Shown here: piece after piece, positions 8,511-17,995 of the stretch
Layout of the letters: the number at the start of each line of letters is the position of its first letter
Numbering within the stretch: position 1 is the first letter of the stretch
Source of the DNA: an uncultured Coriobacteriaceae bacterium
GTDB lineage: Bacteria > Actinomycetota > Coriobacteriia > Anaerosomatales > SLCP01
NCBI GenBank assembly: GCA_964350345.1
Contig: CAYGKH010000001.1
Span: 1 to 42,783, forward strand
Length of the DNA stretch: 42,783 nt
Direction: 5' to 3'
Notes under the pieces: generated by a model
The model's input: the letters and a program-made list of their open reading frames with translations, nothing else
The model's database searches: none
What the model was told of the DNA's origin: nothing
Made by a program: the position numbers and the translations under genes

Positions 8511-9908
8511 TCAGTCCACCCCCCCTACCATTTGCGATACGAGCGACTTGAAGGCCCTGCCACGCTCCGCGTAGTCGGCGAACTCGTCGAAGGAAGCGCA
8601 CGCCGGAGAGAGTACTACCGCAGCCCCCGGCCTTCCCGATGCGGTTCCCGCTGCAATTTGCAGCGCATCAGCGAGACCGAAGGCCTGCTCGAAAGGTACA
8701 CCGGCCGCCTCGAGATAGGCTGCGATCTCCTCGGCAGCCTCGCCAAACACCACCGCATGCGCATCGATGGCGGCGAGTACCTCGGCCAACTGGGTGAACT
8801 CGTTGCCCTTGTTCCTCCCGCCGAGAAGAACCACCACCGGCCTGCCGTCGAACGCCGTCAGCCCCTTGATGACTGCATCGGGGTTCGTCGCCTTCGAATC
8901 GTTGAAGTACTCGACGCCCGTAAACGTCCCGACCGGCTCGAGCCGATGCTCGATCGGTTCGAAGCTCCGCAACCCCCGGCGGATCGAAGCCGGACCGACC
9001 CCGAAGGCAAGCGCAGCTGCAGCCGCAGAAAGGGTGTTGCTGACGTTGTGGTCGCCGTGAAGGCGCAACTCGTCGCGAGAGACCAGCCGAACCGGCCCCG
9101 AAGTCCCGTCCACCACGAGCATGCCCTCAGAGTCAACCCACGCTCCGCCCGCATAGCGCCGGTCGCGGCTCACAGCGATAACGCGCACCCCGCGCGCCCG
9201 GACGGGCTCGATGAAGGCAGCCGAACCGGAATCATCGGCGTCTATCACCGCAATGTCGCCGGAACCCTGTCTCGCGAAGATGCGGACCTTATCGGCAGTG
9301 TAGGTCTCCATGTCGCCGTGCCAGTCCAGATGATCCGGTGTGACGTTGAGCAGTACGGAGACACGCGGATGGAAGCGATTCGTTAACGCAAGCTGGAACG
9401 AGGAGACCTCGGCGACCAGGGCGCCATCCGGACCAATCTCTCCGACGACCTCGATCGCGGGTGTGCCGATGTTCCCGACGGTGCGTGCCGAGACACCACC
9501 CCAGATAAGCAGATGGCCAAGCAGGCTCGTCACCGTCGTCTTTCCGTTCGTACCTGTGACGGCCAACCACGGTGCCTGTGAACGACGGAACGCGAACTCT
9601 ATCTCAGACACTACCTCAGCCGAGGCCGCGGCGGCGGCCCGGTGCAACGGAGAATGGGGCGGGACGCCCGGACTCATAACCGCGAGGTCATAGGCCCCAT
9701 CGATCGATTCGACGCCGAGAAGCACACGGACCCCGAGAGGCCGCAGCCGTTGCGCACGCTGCTGGACCTGCTCGTCATCAGCACGGTCTACGACGGTTAC
9801 CGTCACGGGATCGCCTGCAGTCGCAGCCGAGGCGCAGTAGGCGGTCGCGGCCTCTCCCGAGGCACCCAGACCGACCACGAGGATGTCTCCCGAGAGCGGT
9901 TCCATCAT
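8511..9908 (-). CDS. murD: UDP-N-acetylmuramoylalanine--D-glutamate ligase
   Basis: Motifs VVGLGASGEA and VTGTNGKTTV. The start is trimmed to ATG 9908, which overlaps the mraY stop (ATGA). The ORF track extends to 10004. Confidence 0.95.
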   Translation of the reverse strand: MMEPLSGDILVVGLGASGEAATAYCASAATAGDPVTVTVVDRADDEQVQQRAQRLRPLGVRVLLGVESIDGAYDLAVMSPGVPPHSPLHRAAAAASAEVVSEIEFAFRRSQAPWLAVTGTNGKTTVTSLLGHLLIWGGVSARTVGNIGTPAIEVVGEIGPDGALVAEVSSFQLALTNRFHPRVSVLLNVTPDHLDWHGDMETYTADKVRIFARQGSGDIAVIDADDSGSAAFIEPVRARGVRVIAVSRDRRYAGGAWVDSEGMLVVDGTSGPVRLVSRDELRLHGDHNVSNTLSAAAAALAFGVGPASIRRGLRSFEPIEHRLEPVGTFTGVEYFNDSKATNPDAVIKGLTAFDGRPVVVLLGGRNKGNEFTQLAEVLAAIDAHAVVFGEAAEEIAAYLEAAGVPFEQAFGLADALQIAAGTASGRPGAAVVLSPACASFDEFADYAERGRAFKSLVSQMVGGVD

Positions 9909-10948
9909 CGCCTCACGGACTCGACGAAGAATAGGGCGAAACCGCCACCTGCCATGATTCCGGTGAGGATCCAGAACCGGATCATGATCTTCGTCTCCGA
10001 CCAACCCTTCATCTCGAAGTGATGGTGCAGTGGCGCCATCCGAAAGATCCGGTTCCCTGTCAGCCTGAACGATGCGACCTGCAAGATCACCGAGAGTGTC
10101 TCGATCACGTAGATTCCGCCGATGAGCACGAGGAGAATTTCGGTCTTAGTGATGATCGCGAACGACGCGATCGCCGCCCCCAGGCCGAGAGAGCCGGTGT
10201 CGCCCATGAAGATGTTGGCAGGAAAGGCATTGTACCACAAGAATCCGATACACGCTCCCGCGACCGCAGCTGCGAGCAGCGCCATCTCCAGCATGTTCAG
10301 TCGAAACGCGATGCCCGAGTAGGCGAGCATGACGATGGTGATCGTCCCGGCCGCCAACCCGTCGAGGCCGTCGGTCAGATTCACGGCATTGGAGAAGCCG
10401 ACGATGAAGAACCACACAAGACCGAGGTAGAGCCACGGGACGACGAGGGCCACACCGCCGATATCGAAGACGCTCGTCAGTACCCCGAGATCGAGAACGA
10501 TCCCGGTAAGCGGGATCTCCACCCCCGTCGACACACCGGCCCAGTTCACCACCAGAAGGCCGAACGCGAGCGCAACGAGCCCCTGGCCTGAGATCTTCGC
10601 CCTCGGCGTGAGGCCGAGCGAGCGTTCGTGAACGACTTTGGCCCAGTCGTCGACGAACCCGAGCAGGCCGCACGCTCCGGTCGCGGCGAGAGCCAGGAGG
10701 CTCAATCTCCCGAACTGGCCGAGGAACACGTAGGTTCCTGCAACCACCAGAAGGATGAGTACCCCACCCATGGTGGGCGTTCCCTGCTTAGCCAGGTGGC
10801 CCTGAGGGCCATCGGCACGTATCTGCTGACCGATGTTGCGGAAACGTAGCAACCGGATCCAGAACGGCATCAGGACGCCCACGGCGACGATCGAGACCAC
10901 CACAGCCATGAAAACCTGATATGACGGATATTCGGCAAGTCTAAACAC
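9905..10948 (-). CDS. mraY: Phospho-N-acetylmuramoyl-pentapeptide transferase
   Basis: Canonical PNPT motifs GFVDDWAKV, NAVNLTDGLDGLA, FMGDTGSLGLG and PLHHHFE. Confidence 0.97.
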   Translation of the reverse strand: MFRLAEYPSYQVFMAVVVSIVAVGVLMPFWIRLLRFRNIGQQIRADGPQGHLAKQGTPTMGGVLILLVVAGTYVFLGQFGRLSLLALAATGACGLLGFVDDWAKVVHERSLGLTPRAKISGQGLVALAFGLLVVNWAGVSTGVEIPLTGIVLDLGVLTSVFDIGGVALVVPWLYLGLVWFFIVGFSNAVNLTDGLDGLAAGTITIVMLAYSGIAFRLNMLEMALLAAAVAGACIGFLWYNAFPANIFMGDTGSLGLGAAIASFAIITKTEILLVLIGGIYVIETLSVILQVASFRLTGNRIFRMAPLHHHFEMKGWSETKIMIRFWILTGIMAGGGFALFFVESVRR

Positions 10949-12356
10949 GAGGTTCGACTATCCCTTCCACGACCCGCTCCAGCCCCATGACCCGTGAGGC
11001 CTTCACGAGCACAACGTCGCCCTCCTCCAGCAGGTCATCGAGCACCTCCGAGGCTTCTTCGGGCGTTGCGCACGGACGTATCCACTCGTCGTCCATCCCT
11101 GCGGCCCGCGCTCCATCGGCGATACGAGCTGCGCGCGGGCCAACGGTGACCAGGACCTCTACGGTGCTGTGCGCGACCTGCTCGCCGATCCCGAAGTGAG
11201 CGAGCTCTGTGAGCGAACCGAGCTCGGCCATGTCGCCGAGAACCGCGATCCTGCGCGGGGCGGACGAGAAGCCGGCGAGTGTCTCCACAGCGGCGCGCAT
11301 CGCTACCGGGTTGGCATTGTACGCATCGTTGATGACGTGCACGCCCGCAGCGCTCGTGAACGACTGCATCCTCATCTCGCCCGCAGCGGCCGAGGCGAGG
11401 CCGACTGCAATGAGTTCCGCCGAGACTCCCACGTGAAGGGCGACTCCCGCAGCAGCCAGCGCGTTGTAGATGTTGTGACGGCCGGGCAGACCGAGCGTGA
11501 TTCGCGTCGGCTCGACCCCGGGCGCACTGAGCGTGAACGACGCACGACTCTCGTCGTCGAGTTCGACATCGATCGCGCAGATATCGCTCGACTCGCCGAG
11601 GCCGTAGCGGACAACGACAGCGCGCGAGGACATCGCGAGGGTGTCGCTGAAGGCGTCGTCCCCGTTCAGAAACGAGATACCGTCCTCGGGAATCGCCTCT
11701 ATGAGCTCCGCCTTCGCGAACGCGATCGCTTCTTGTGTTCCGAGGATCTCGATGTGACTTGTCCCGACGTTGGTGACCAGACCGACCGTCGGTCGGGCGA
11801 TGCGGCAGAGCTCGGCGATCTGCCCGACTCCGCGCATCGCCATCTCCACGACGAGAACGTCGGTTCCTGCTCCCGCCTCCAGTATCGTCAGCGGCACTCC
11901 GAGTTCGTTGTTCCGGTTACCACGGGTAGCGACGACGTCGCGGTCCATTCCTAGAGCCGCTGTGATGAACTCCTTCGTGGTCGTCTTCCCTGTCGAACCG
12001 GTCACGCCGATGACCGGGCAGAAGAGCCGGTCACGGTGGTACGACGCCAACTCCTGGACCGCCCGCAGCGCGTCAGCGACCCTCAGCACGGCGACACCAC
12101 GCTTCGCCGCAGCCTCCAGCACCGCGGTCAACTCGTCACCGGGCCGGGTGACGAGAAGAGCGCGCGCTCCGTCGCCGATCGCCTCGCCGAGGAAATCGTG
12201 CCCGTCGGCCCGCTCGCCCGGAAAAGCGACGAAGGCGCTTCCCGACTGCACACAGCGCGAGTCGGTGCAGACACCATTGAGCATCAGATCAGGGGATCCG
12301 CAGAGCAGTTCTCCGGATGTGACGTTGATGAGCGTGTCGACGGAGAGCGTCAGCAT
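10941..12356 (-). CDS. murF: UDP-MurNAc-tripeptide--D-Ala-D-Ala ligase
   Basis: GVTGSTGKTTTKEF P-loop and Mur ligase architecture. It overlaps mraY by 8 nt and murE by 7 nt. Confidence 0.93.
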   Translation of the reverse strand: MLTLSVDTLINVTSGELLCGSPDLMLNGVCTDSRCVQSGSAFVAFPGERADGHDFLGEAIGDGARALLVTRPGDELTAVLEAAAKRGVAVLRVADALRAVQELASYHRDRLFCPVIGVTGSTGKTTTKEFITAALGMDRDVVATRGNRNNELGVPLTILEAGAGTDVLVVEMAMRGVGQIAELCRIARPTVGLVTNVGTSHIEILGTQEAIAFAKAELIEAIPEDGISFLNGDDAFSDTLAMSSRAVVVRYGLGESSDICAIDVELDDESRASFTLSAPGVEPTRITLGLPGRHNIYNALAAAGVALHVGVSAELIAVGLASAAAGEMRMQSFTSAAGVHVINDAYNANPVAMRAAVETLAGFSSAPRRIAVLGDMAELGSLTELAHFGIGEQVAHSTVEVLVTVGPRAARIADGARAAGMDDEWIRPCATPEEASEVLDDLLEEGDVVLVKASRVMGLERVVEGIVEPRV

Positions 12357-13807
12357 CGGCGTGCCAACTCCTCGGCCGCGACCTCACGGTCATCGAAGTG
12401 GATGGTCCGGTCAGCGAAGATCTGGTAGTCCTCGTGACCTTTCCCTGCGATCAGCACCGCATCACCGGGCGCTGCCTGATCTATCGCTGCGGCGATCGCT
12501 GCACGCCGGTCCACGATGACCTCATAGCTCCCACCGACAGCCCGCACGCCATCTTCGATCTGCAGGATGATCCCTACCGGATCTTCGGAGCGCGGGTTGT
12601 CGCTCGTGATGATCACGTGATCCGCCGCACCCCCAGCCGCGGTGCCCATGAGCGAGCGCTTGTCCAGATCGCGGTCCCCGCCACATCCGAACACCGCGAG
12701 AACCCTGCCCGGCGTGATGTCACGTACGGCACCGAGGGCCTTTTCCAGACTGTCCGGTGTATGTGCATAGTCGACGAACACACCGAACCGCTGACCGGCC
12801 TCGACGCGCTCCAGCCGCCCGGGCACTTGAGGAGCCGACGAAAGTCCCTCGGCGATCGTCTCGACGTCTATGCCAAGCGCGAAACCACAGCCCGCCGCAA
12901 CGAGTGCGTTGCTGACGTTGTACTCCGCAGCGAGGGGCAGGTGGACACTGGCGCTTCCGGCAGGGGTTGAGAGCGTGAATCTGGCACTATCGGAAAGCAG
13001 CTCCTCGTCAACCGCGCGGATCATCGCATCCGAGGCACGCCCGACGGTCAGCACGCCGTCGATCTCCACCGCGATAGCGGCGCCAAGGAGATCATCGATG
13101 TTGACGACCCGACTACCGACTTCGAAGTCGGTGAACAGACGTCGCTTGACTGCGAAGTACTCTTCAATGGTGTGGTGATAGTCGAGATGGTCCTGCGTCA
13201 GATTCGTGAAAGCCGCCACGGCGAAGCGTAGTGCATCGACCCGGTGCAGATCGATCGCGTGTGACGAAACCTCCATAGAGACGGCGGTAACACCGGCATC
13301 ACGCATCGAGCGCAGCAGTTCCTGGAGGTCGGCGGACTCCGGCGTAGTGCGACCGGCATCGAAGCGTTCGGCGGCGATCCGCGTCTCGACCGTACCGATG
13401 AGCCCGGTCACGTACCCGGCTGCACGAAGAATGGAGTCGAGAAGATAGGTCGTCGTCGTCTTGCCGTTCGTACCGGTGATGCCGACGAGGTCGAGCTCGT
13501 GGCTCGGATGTCTCCGGAAGACCGCTGCCGCGCGAGCCAGCGCCGCGCGCGTGTCCTCGACGATGATCTGCGGAACACCCGCGGCTTCGGGGATGTGTCG
13601 TTCGCACACGATGGCCGAAGCGCCCCGGGCGACCGCATCGGCCGCGAAATCGTGCCCGTCGTTGACGAACCCGGGTACGCAGAAGAACACGTCCCCCTTC
13701 GACACTTGGTCGGAACGGAACACTACGCCGCCGACTGCGATACCGGCGACGGACAGCTCGATGGTGGCACCCAGGCCTTGGAGGAGTTCTCTGATGAGTA
13801 TCGTCAC
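12350..13807 (-). CDS. murE: UDP-MurNAc-L-Ala-D-Glu--2,6-diaminopimelate ligase
   Basis: GITGTNGKTTTTYL P-loop. The DNPR motif (ITSDNPRSEDP) is the one associated with meso-DAP-adding enzymes. Confidence 0.95.
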   Translation of the reverse strand: MTILIRELLQGLGATIELSVAGIAVGGVVFRSDQVSKGDVFFCVPGFVNDGHDFAADAVARGASAIVCERHIPEAAGVPQIIVEDTRAALARAAAVFRRHPSHELDLVGITGTNGKTTTTYLLDSILRAAGYVTGLIGTVETRIAAERFDAGRTTPESADLQELLRSMRDAGVTAVSMEVSSHAIDLHRVDALRFAVAAFTNLTQDHLDYHHTIEEYFAVKRRLFTDFEVGSRVVNIDDLLGAAIAVEIDGVLTVGRASDAMIRAVDEELLSDSARFTLSTPAGSASVHLPLAAEYNVSNALVAAGCGFALGIDVETIAEGLSSAPQVPGRLERVEAGQRFGVFVDYAHTPDSLEKALGAVRDITPGRVLAVFGCGGDRDLDKRSLMGTAAGGAADHVIITSDNPRSEDPVGIILQIEDGVRAVGGSYEVIVDRRAAIAAAIDQAAPGDAVLIAGKGHEDYQIFADRTIHFDDREVAAEELARRC

Positions 13808-13860
13808 GGCTTCTTCACCACGTCAGGACGGTCGATTTTACCATGCTCACACGCTCCCAC

Positions 13861-15642
13861 CTAAGGCTCCTGGCCTGTTGTCATCGTCTCGACATCGGAC
13901 GTCGCTGAAGCGGGCGAGACTGTGGTGGGCGGTATCCGGAGATGGGAAACTGCAAACCGTGCAACCTCGGCGAACACGGGCGCAGCTACGACACCTCCGT
14001 AGACCGCACCCTTGGGCTCGTCGATGACCACGAGGACCAGGATGCGAGGGTCGTCCGCAGGCAGGAACCCCGCAAACGAGGCGATGTGCTTCCCCGCCTC
14101 GTAACCGCGGCCATCCGTGCGCGCCTTTTGAGCAGTCCCCGTCTTGCCAGCGACCTCATAGCCTGCCACTGCGGCTGCCGATCCCGTACCCTCGGTGATC
14201 GCGGCCTTCAAGACGTCACGTGTCTCGGCCGCCGCCTCCTCGGAGATGATCCGTGTGCGGGGGTGCGATATCTTCACGTCCGGCTGATCGGGCACGCTGA
14301 GCAAGAAGTGCGGGGTCACCAGCTCTCCCCCGTTCGCGATCACGGCGGTCGCACGAGCAAGCTGGAGGGGCGTCATCGATATGCCCTGTCCGAAGGGGAT
14401 GTTCGCGATTGAGGTGGCGGACCAGTCCTTGACCGCGGGCATGTATCCAGCGGCCTCTCCGGGAAAGTCGATGCCGGTCCGTGAGGTGAAACCGAATCCC
14501 ATCAGATAGTCGTAGAGCGGTGTCTCGCCCAACGCCTGCCCGAGCATGACCGCACCGACGTTGGAGGAGTTCCCCACGATTTGGGCGAGGGACCATTCAA
14601 CCTCAGAACGGGGCTGCGACTCCTTTATGGTGTGATCGCCGACCTTCAAAGTGGGCGGAAGCACGAACGTGTCGCTTGAATCGAACAGTCCTGCGTCAAT
14701 CACCGATGCCGCAGTGATGGACTTCAGCGTCGAGCCCGGCTCGTAGACATCCGTGACCGCCCTGTTGCGCTGTGACGCAGCCTCCGCTTCGGCGTAGCGG
14801 TTGGGGTTGAACCCCGGAACTGACGCCATCGCGAGAATCTCTCCTGTCTTCGGATCCATCACAACGATGGACCCTGACGCGGCACTCCACTGCTCGACGG
14901 CCTTCTGGAGTTCGAACTGGGCGACGTATTGGATGTCGCGGTCGATGCTGACGACGATGTCGCTCCCATGGACCGGTTCCTCCATGTGCATCACCCCGCC
15001 GGGCATTGGCCGCCCGAGCCTGTCGCGCTCGGCGAGCATGGAACCCGGTGTCCCCGCAAGCAGCTCGTCGTAGTAGGACTCCAGCCCGCCCAGCCCCCCG
15101 TCGTCCACACCGACGAATCCGAGCACCTGCGCCGCGAGCTCTCCGCCGGGATAGATGCGACGGGAGTCCTTCGACAGTCCGATCCCGGTCAGCTTCAGGT
15201 TCTCGATCGCCTCGGCGCGCTCCATCTGGACCTTTCGGGCGATATAGACGAAGCCGCTGTCCCGTCCAAGGCGCTCGGCGTAGTCGGCGACATCCCCACC
15301 GAGAACCCCCGCAACCGCCTCTGCGGTCGATGTCGGATCCTCGATCAGCCGAGGAGACGCGTAGATGGTTCGCGCTTCGGTGGAGACCGCTAGCGGCTCA
15401 CCTTCGCGGTCCAGTATCGAGCCCCGCTTCGGGGCCAGTTCGATATCCCGGGTGCGCTGTGCATAGGCTTTCTCCGCGAACTGTGGAGCCGCAATTATCT
15501 GGAGGTATACAAGTCGACCAGCGATGATGGCCAAGCTGCCGAGAAGGAGTAGGAGCATCAAGTTATGGCGATCCTTCGGCTGCCGCGTGCCCCACCCTTT
15601 CCTGCCCGCCGGCACTGTGCGCGCGCGCCGTCGCCCGCTCAT
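13861..15642 (-). CDS. ftsI: Class B penicillin-binding protein (division transpeptidase FtsI/PBP3-like)
   Basis: N-terminal TM, PBP dimerisation region, and transpeptidase motifs STLK (GSTLKS), SSN (GNSSNVG) and KTG (GKTGTAQ). ATGA overlap with the upstream ftsL-like gene. Confidence 0.9.
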   Translation of the reverse strand: MSGRRRARTVPAGRKGWGTRQPKDRHNLMLLLLLGSLAIIAGRLVYLQIIAAPQFAEKAYAQRTRDIELAPKRGSILDREGEPLAVSTEARTIYASPRLIEDPTSTAEAVAGVLGGDVADYAERLGRDSGFVYIARKVQMERAEAIENLKLTGIGLSKDSRRIYPGGELAAQVLGFVGVDDGGLGGLESYYDELLAGTPGSMLAERDRLGRPMPGGVMHMEEPVHGSDIVVSIDRDIQYVAQFELQKAVEQWSAASGSIVVMDPKTGEILAMASVPGFNPNRYAEAEAASQRNRAVTDVYEPGSTLKSITAASVIDAGLFDSSDTFVLPPTLKVGDHTIKESQPRSEVEWSLAQIVGNSSNVGAVMLGQALGETPLYDYLMGFGFTSRTGIDFPGEAAGYMPAVKDWSATSIANIPFGQGISMTPLQLARATAVIANGGELVTPHFLLSVPDQPDVKISHPRTRIISEEAAAETRDVLKAAITEGTGSAAAVAGYEVAGKTGTAQKARTDGRGYEAGKHIASFAGFLPADDPRILVLVVIDEPKGAVYGGVVAAPVFAEVARFAVSHLRIPPTTVSPASATSDVETMTTGQEP

Positions 15643-16232
15643 CGAGAGGAGGCGAGTCCTGCATCGCCGACAAGAAGAACCTGCGCCTCACCGGCCGTCA
15701 TGCGCATGACGTCGGCGAAGACGGCTGCGACACGCTCAGAGACGGCCGAGGAGCCGGCGGCGGCAGTGGAACTCTCCGTCTGCAGGTCGCTGGCGTCCGA
15801 AGCGGGAAGCTCGAGGTAGTCGACCTCCTCGGCCACACCCATACCCATCGAGACGCCGGCGATGCTCTCGATGCGGGACGGAGTGGCCAGCGCGGTCCGA
15901 TCAGCCTCGAGCGTCTCTGCCCGGATGCGTTCACTCTCGATATCCTCTTTGAGGGTGTTGGCCGCCATGGCGGCCTCGGTCGCCTGCACGGTGACCTGTA
16001 CGCGGGCCATTCCTAGCCCCATCACGAGGATCAACACGGCAGTGGTCGTCTGAAAGAGACGCCGATAGCGCGCGACCTCCGCTGCGGGGCTCCGACGGGT
16101 GCGCGACGACCCTGAGTTCGCAGCCCGTCCACCGCCACGCAGGAGGCGCAAGACAGGCCCCTCCACATGTACGCTCTGCTTACGCGCAGGTAGTCCCATC
16201 AGTGCCCCTCCTCCTCTCCACGCTCCGGTCAC
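15639..16232 (-). CDS. ftsL: FtsL-like septum formation protein
   Basis: Single TM (TTAVLILVMGLGMARV), a coiled-coil stretch, and ATPSRIESIAGVSMGM typical of FtsL. It occupies the dcw position between rsmH and ftsI. The start is uncertain (ATG 16232 or 16199). Confidence 0.65.
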   Translation of the reverse strand: MTGAWRGGGALMGLPARKQSVHVEGPVLRLLRGGGRAANSGSSRTRRSPAAEVARYRRLFQTTTAVLILVMGLGMARVQVTVQATEAAMAANTLKEDIESERIRAETLEADRTALATPSRIESIAGVSMGMGVAEEVDYLELPASDASDLQTESSTAAAGSSAVSERVAAVFADVMRMTAGEAQVLLVGDAGLASSR

Positions 16233-16247
16233 GCCCTGGCGTCACCT

Positions 16248-17183
16248 CTACAACTTCTCCGCGACGCGCATCTTGGCGCTGCGTGCCCGCGGGTTCTCCT
16301 CAATCTCACGCTCCGTCGGAACGACGGGCCGTCTCGTCACGATGCGGAGTACCGGCTCATGACCGCACGAACACATCGGGAGTTCAGGCGGACAGATACA
16401 CCCCTTCGCCATCTCTGCGAATACTCGCTTTGCGGTGCGATCCTCCAAAGAGTGGTAGCTGATCACCACGATCCTGCCTCCGGGCGTAAGCCATCGGACG
16501 GCGGAGCGCAGACCGCGCTCGAGAACCTCAAGTTCCCGGTTGACCTCGATTCGGAGCGCCTGGAAGGTGCGTCGTGCAGGGTGTGGCCCGGTGCGACGAG
16601 CTGCCGCAGGAATCGCGTCTTTGATAACCTGCACAAGGTCTCCGGTAGTGAGAAGCGGACGGCGGCCTCGCGCGGCTACGATGAATGCTGCGATGCGCGA
16701 GGCCCACCTGTCCTCACCGTATTCGCGGATGATCCGCGACAGATCGGCCTCAGAGTAGGTGGCGACCACGTCGGCGGCTGAGGTACCGCCGCCCTCCGGG
16801 TCCATCCGCATGTCGAGTGGCGCGTCGCCGTGGTAAGAGAACCCACGCTCGCCCACATCGAGCTGCGGTGAGGATACCCCCAGGTCGAAGAGGAACCCGT
16901 CTGCGTACGCAATGCCCGCCTCAGAGAGGAGGGTATCGAGCTGAGCGAAGTTCCCCTTTATCAACATGGCTTGCCGGCCGAGGCGGAGTGTGTCTGCTGC
17001 TGCGGAGAGTGCTGCATCGTCTTGATCGACGCCCACCAGGATTCCGGTGGGTTGGATTAGGTCTGCTATCCGCTTCGCGTGTCCTGCCCCGCCTAAGGTA
17101 CAGTCGACGATGATCGAACCGGGGTGCGGCAATAAGTACTGCGTGACCTCGGCCGGCAAAACTGGGATGTGCCGGTATTCCAT
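16248..17183 (-). CDS. rsmH: 16S rRNA (cytosine1402-N4)-methyltransferase
   Basis: Motifs HIPVLPAEV, DCTLGGAGH, FDLGVSSPQLD and SYHSLEDR. The start is trimmed to ATG 17183. The ORF track extension to 17408 runs across mraZ. Confidence 0.95.
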   Translation of the reverse strand: MEYRHIPVLPAEVTQYLLPHPGSIIVDCTLGGAGHAKRIADLIQPTGILVGVDQDDAALSAAADTLRLGRQAMLIKGNFAQLDTLLSEAGIAYADGFLFDLGVSSPQLDVGERGFSYHGDAPLDMRMDPEGGGTSAADVVATYSEADLSRIIREYGEDRWASRIAAFIVAARGRRPLLTTGDLVQVIKDAIPAAARRTGPHPARRTFQALRIEVNRELEVLERGLRSAVRWLTPGGRIVVISYHSLEDRTAKRVFAEMAKGCICPPELPMCSCGHEPVLRIVTRRPVVPTEREIEENPRARSAKMRVAEKL

Positions 17184-17193
17184 TGTCAATCCT

Positions 17194-17631
17194 CTAGAGC
17201 AGGCCGGAGTCGGCCAGCTCCCTGGCGAGGTCCTCGATCGAGTCTTCATCCTCGCCAAGCTGGTAGGTCGCCCACGCCTCGGAGTCCCAGATCTCGATCC
17301 GGTTTCCGTTGCCGGTGACCGCGACATCTCTCTGTAGCCCCGCATACTCGCGCAGGTTGCCCGGAAGCATGATGCGACCTGCCGAGTCGAACTCGGCCTC
17401 GACGGCACCGGTCGTGAAGAAGCGACGCACCTTCCTGACCCGCGGATCGAAATCCTCCCGGGACGTGAGTTCCTCCACGAACGCGTGGTACTCGTCAGCC
17501 GGATAGACGTAGAGGCAGTCGTCCAGACCCTTTGCGATCACGAGTTTCCCCGTCATCTCGGTCCGGAACTTTGCGGGCAACGAGACTCGGCCCTTGGCGT
17601 CCAGCGTGTGCTGGTGATCGCCGAGAAACAT
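17194..17631 (-). CDS. mraZ: Transcriptional regulator MraZ
   Basis: Two MraZ/SpoVT-AbrB repeats: LDAKGRVSLPAKFR and DSAGRIMLPGNLREYAGL. It is the first gene of the dcw cluster. Confidence 0.95.
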   Translation of the reverse strand: MFLGDHQHTLDAKGRVSLPAKFRTEMTGKLVIAKGLDDCLYVYPADEYHAFVEELTSREDFDPRVRKVRRFFTTGAVEAEFDSAGRIMLPGNLREYAGLQRDVAVTGNGNRIEIWDSEAWATYQLGEDEDSIEDLARELADSGLL

Positions 17632-17704
17632 CCCTCTCTGCCCTCCCCCGCTACTCTGCGCGGCGTCCCGTCGGGCCCTGTGCCGACGGTGGCGTTGTTC
17701 TTAC

Positions 17705-17764
17705 GTGTCACACTGTATGACACTTCATCCCACATGACAATACTTTTGTGGGAATTCATCCCAC
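17705..17764 (-). promoter_or_regulatory. Candidate Pmra promoter with MraZ-box-like GTGGGA repeats
   Basis: Minus strand: TTGTCA (17740-17735), 17-nt spacer, TACAGT (17717-17712). GTGGGATGAA occurs twice in direct orientation, as revcomp of 17724-17733 (inside the spacer) and of 17755-17764. An inverted GTGGGA lies at 17748-17753. A GTGTCA-N7-TGACAC palindrome at 17705-17723 overlaps the -10. Confidence 0.45.
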
Positions 17765-17923
17765 TATTTGACATCGTAGCGTCAGTTCATGCCACTCGCG
17801 ACCACTGCGCTGATCGTGCGATTCGCGAACTCGATTGCCCTATCTACCGTCTATATGGATGAACCGGGGAGGATACCCGGGTTGAAAGCGGAATCCAGGC
17901 ACCAGGATGTTTGTGCACATGTG

Positions 17924-17953
17924 TTGCCGCCCGTGCCCCGGTGCGGGTAGAAT
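17924..17953 (+). promoter_or_regulatory. Candidate promoter for the small-ORF/DUF4349 transcription unit
   Basis: TTGCCG (17924-17929), 18-nt spacer, TAGAAT (17948-17953). Overlapping palindromes tgtgcaca and cacatgtg (17912-17923) lie just upstream. Hexamer match only. Confidence 0.3.
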
Positions 17954-17995
17954 GAGCAGAGATACTTTCGGGCGATACGGAGGTGACACTCCCCG

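Noticed and set aside
16248-17408. 5' extensions of track ORFs: rsmH to 17408, pyrG to 30951, murB to 4991, murD to 10004, ftsZ to 2842, ATPase to 23390, BMP protein to 24652, tlyA to 42044, DUF4349 to 17983.
   Set aside because: The extensions overlap the upstream gene or read as Arg/Pro-rich junk. In each case an internal start aligns with the conserved family N-terminus and has an SD or a stop/start junction.
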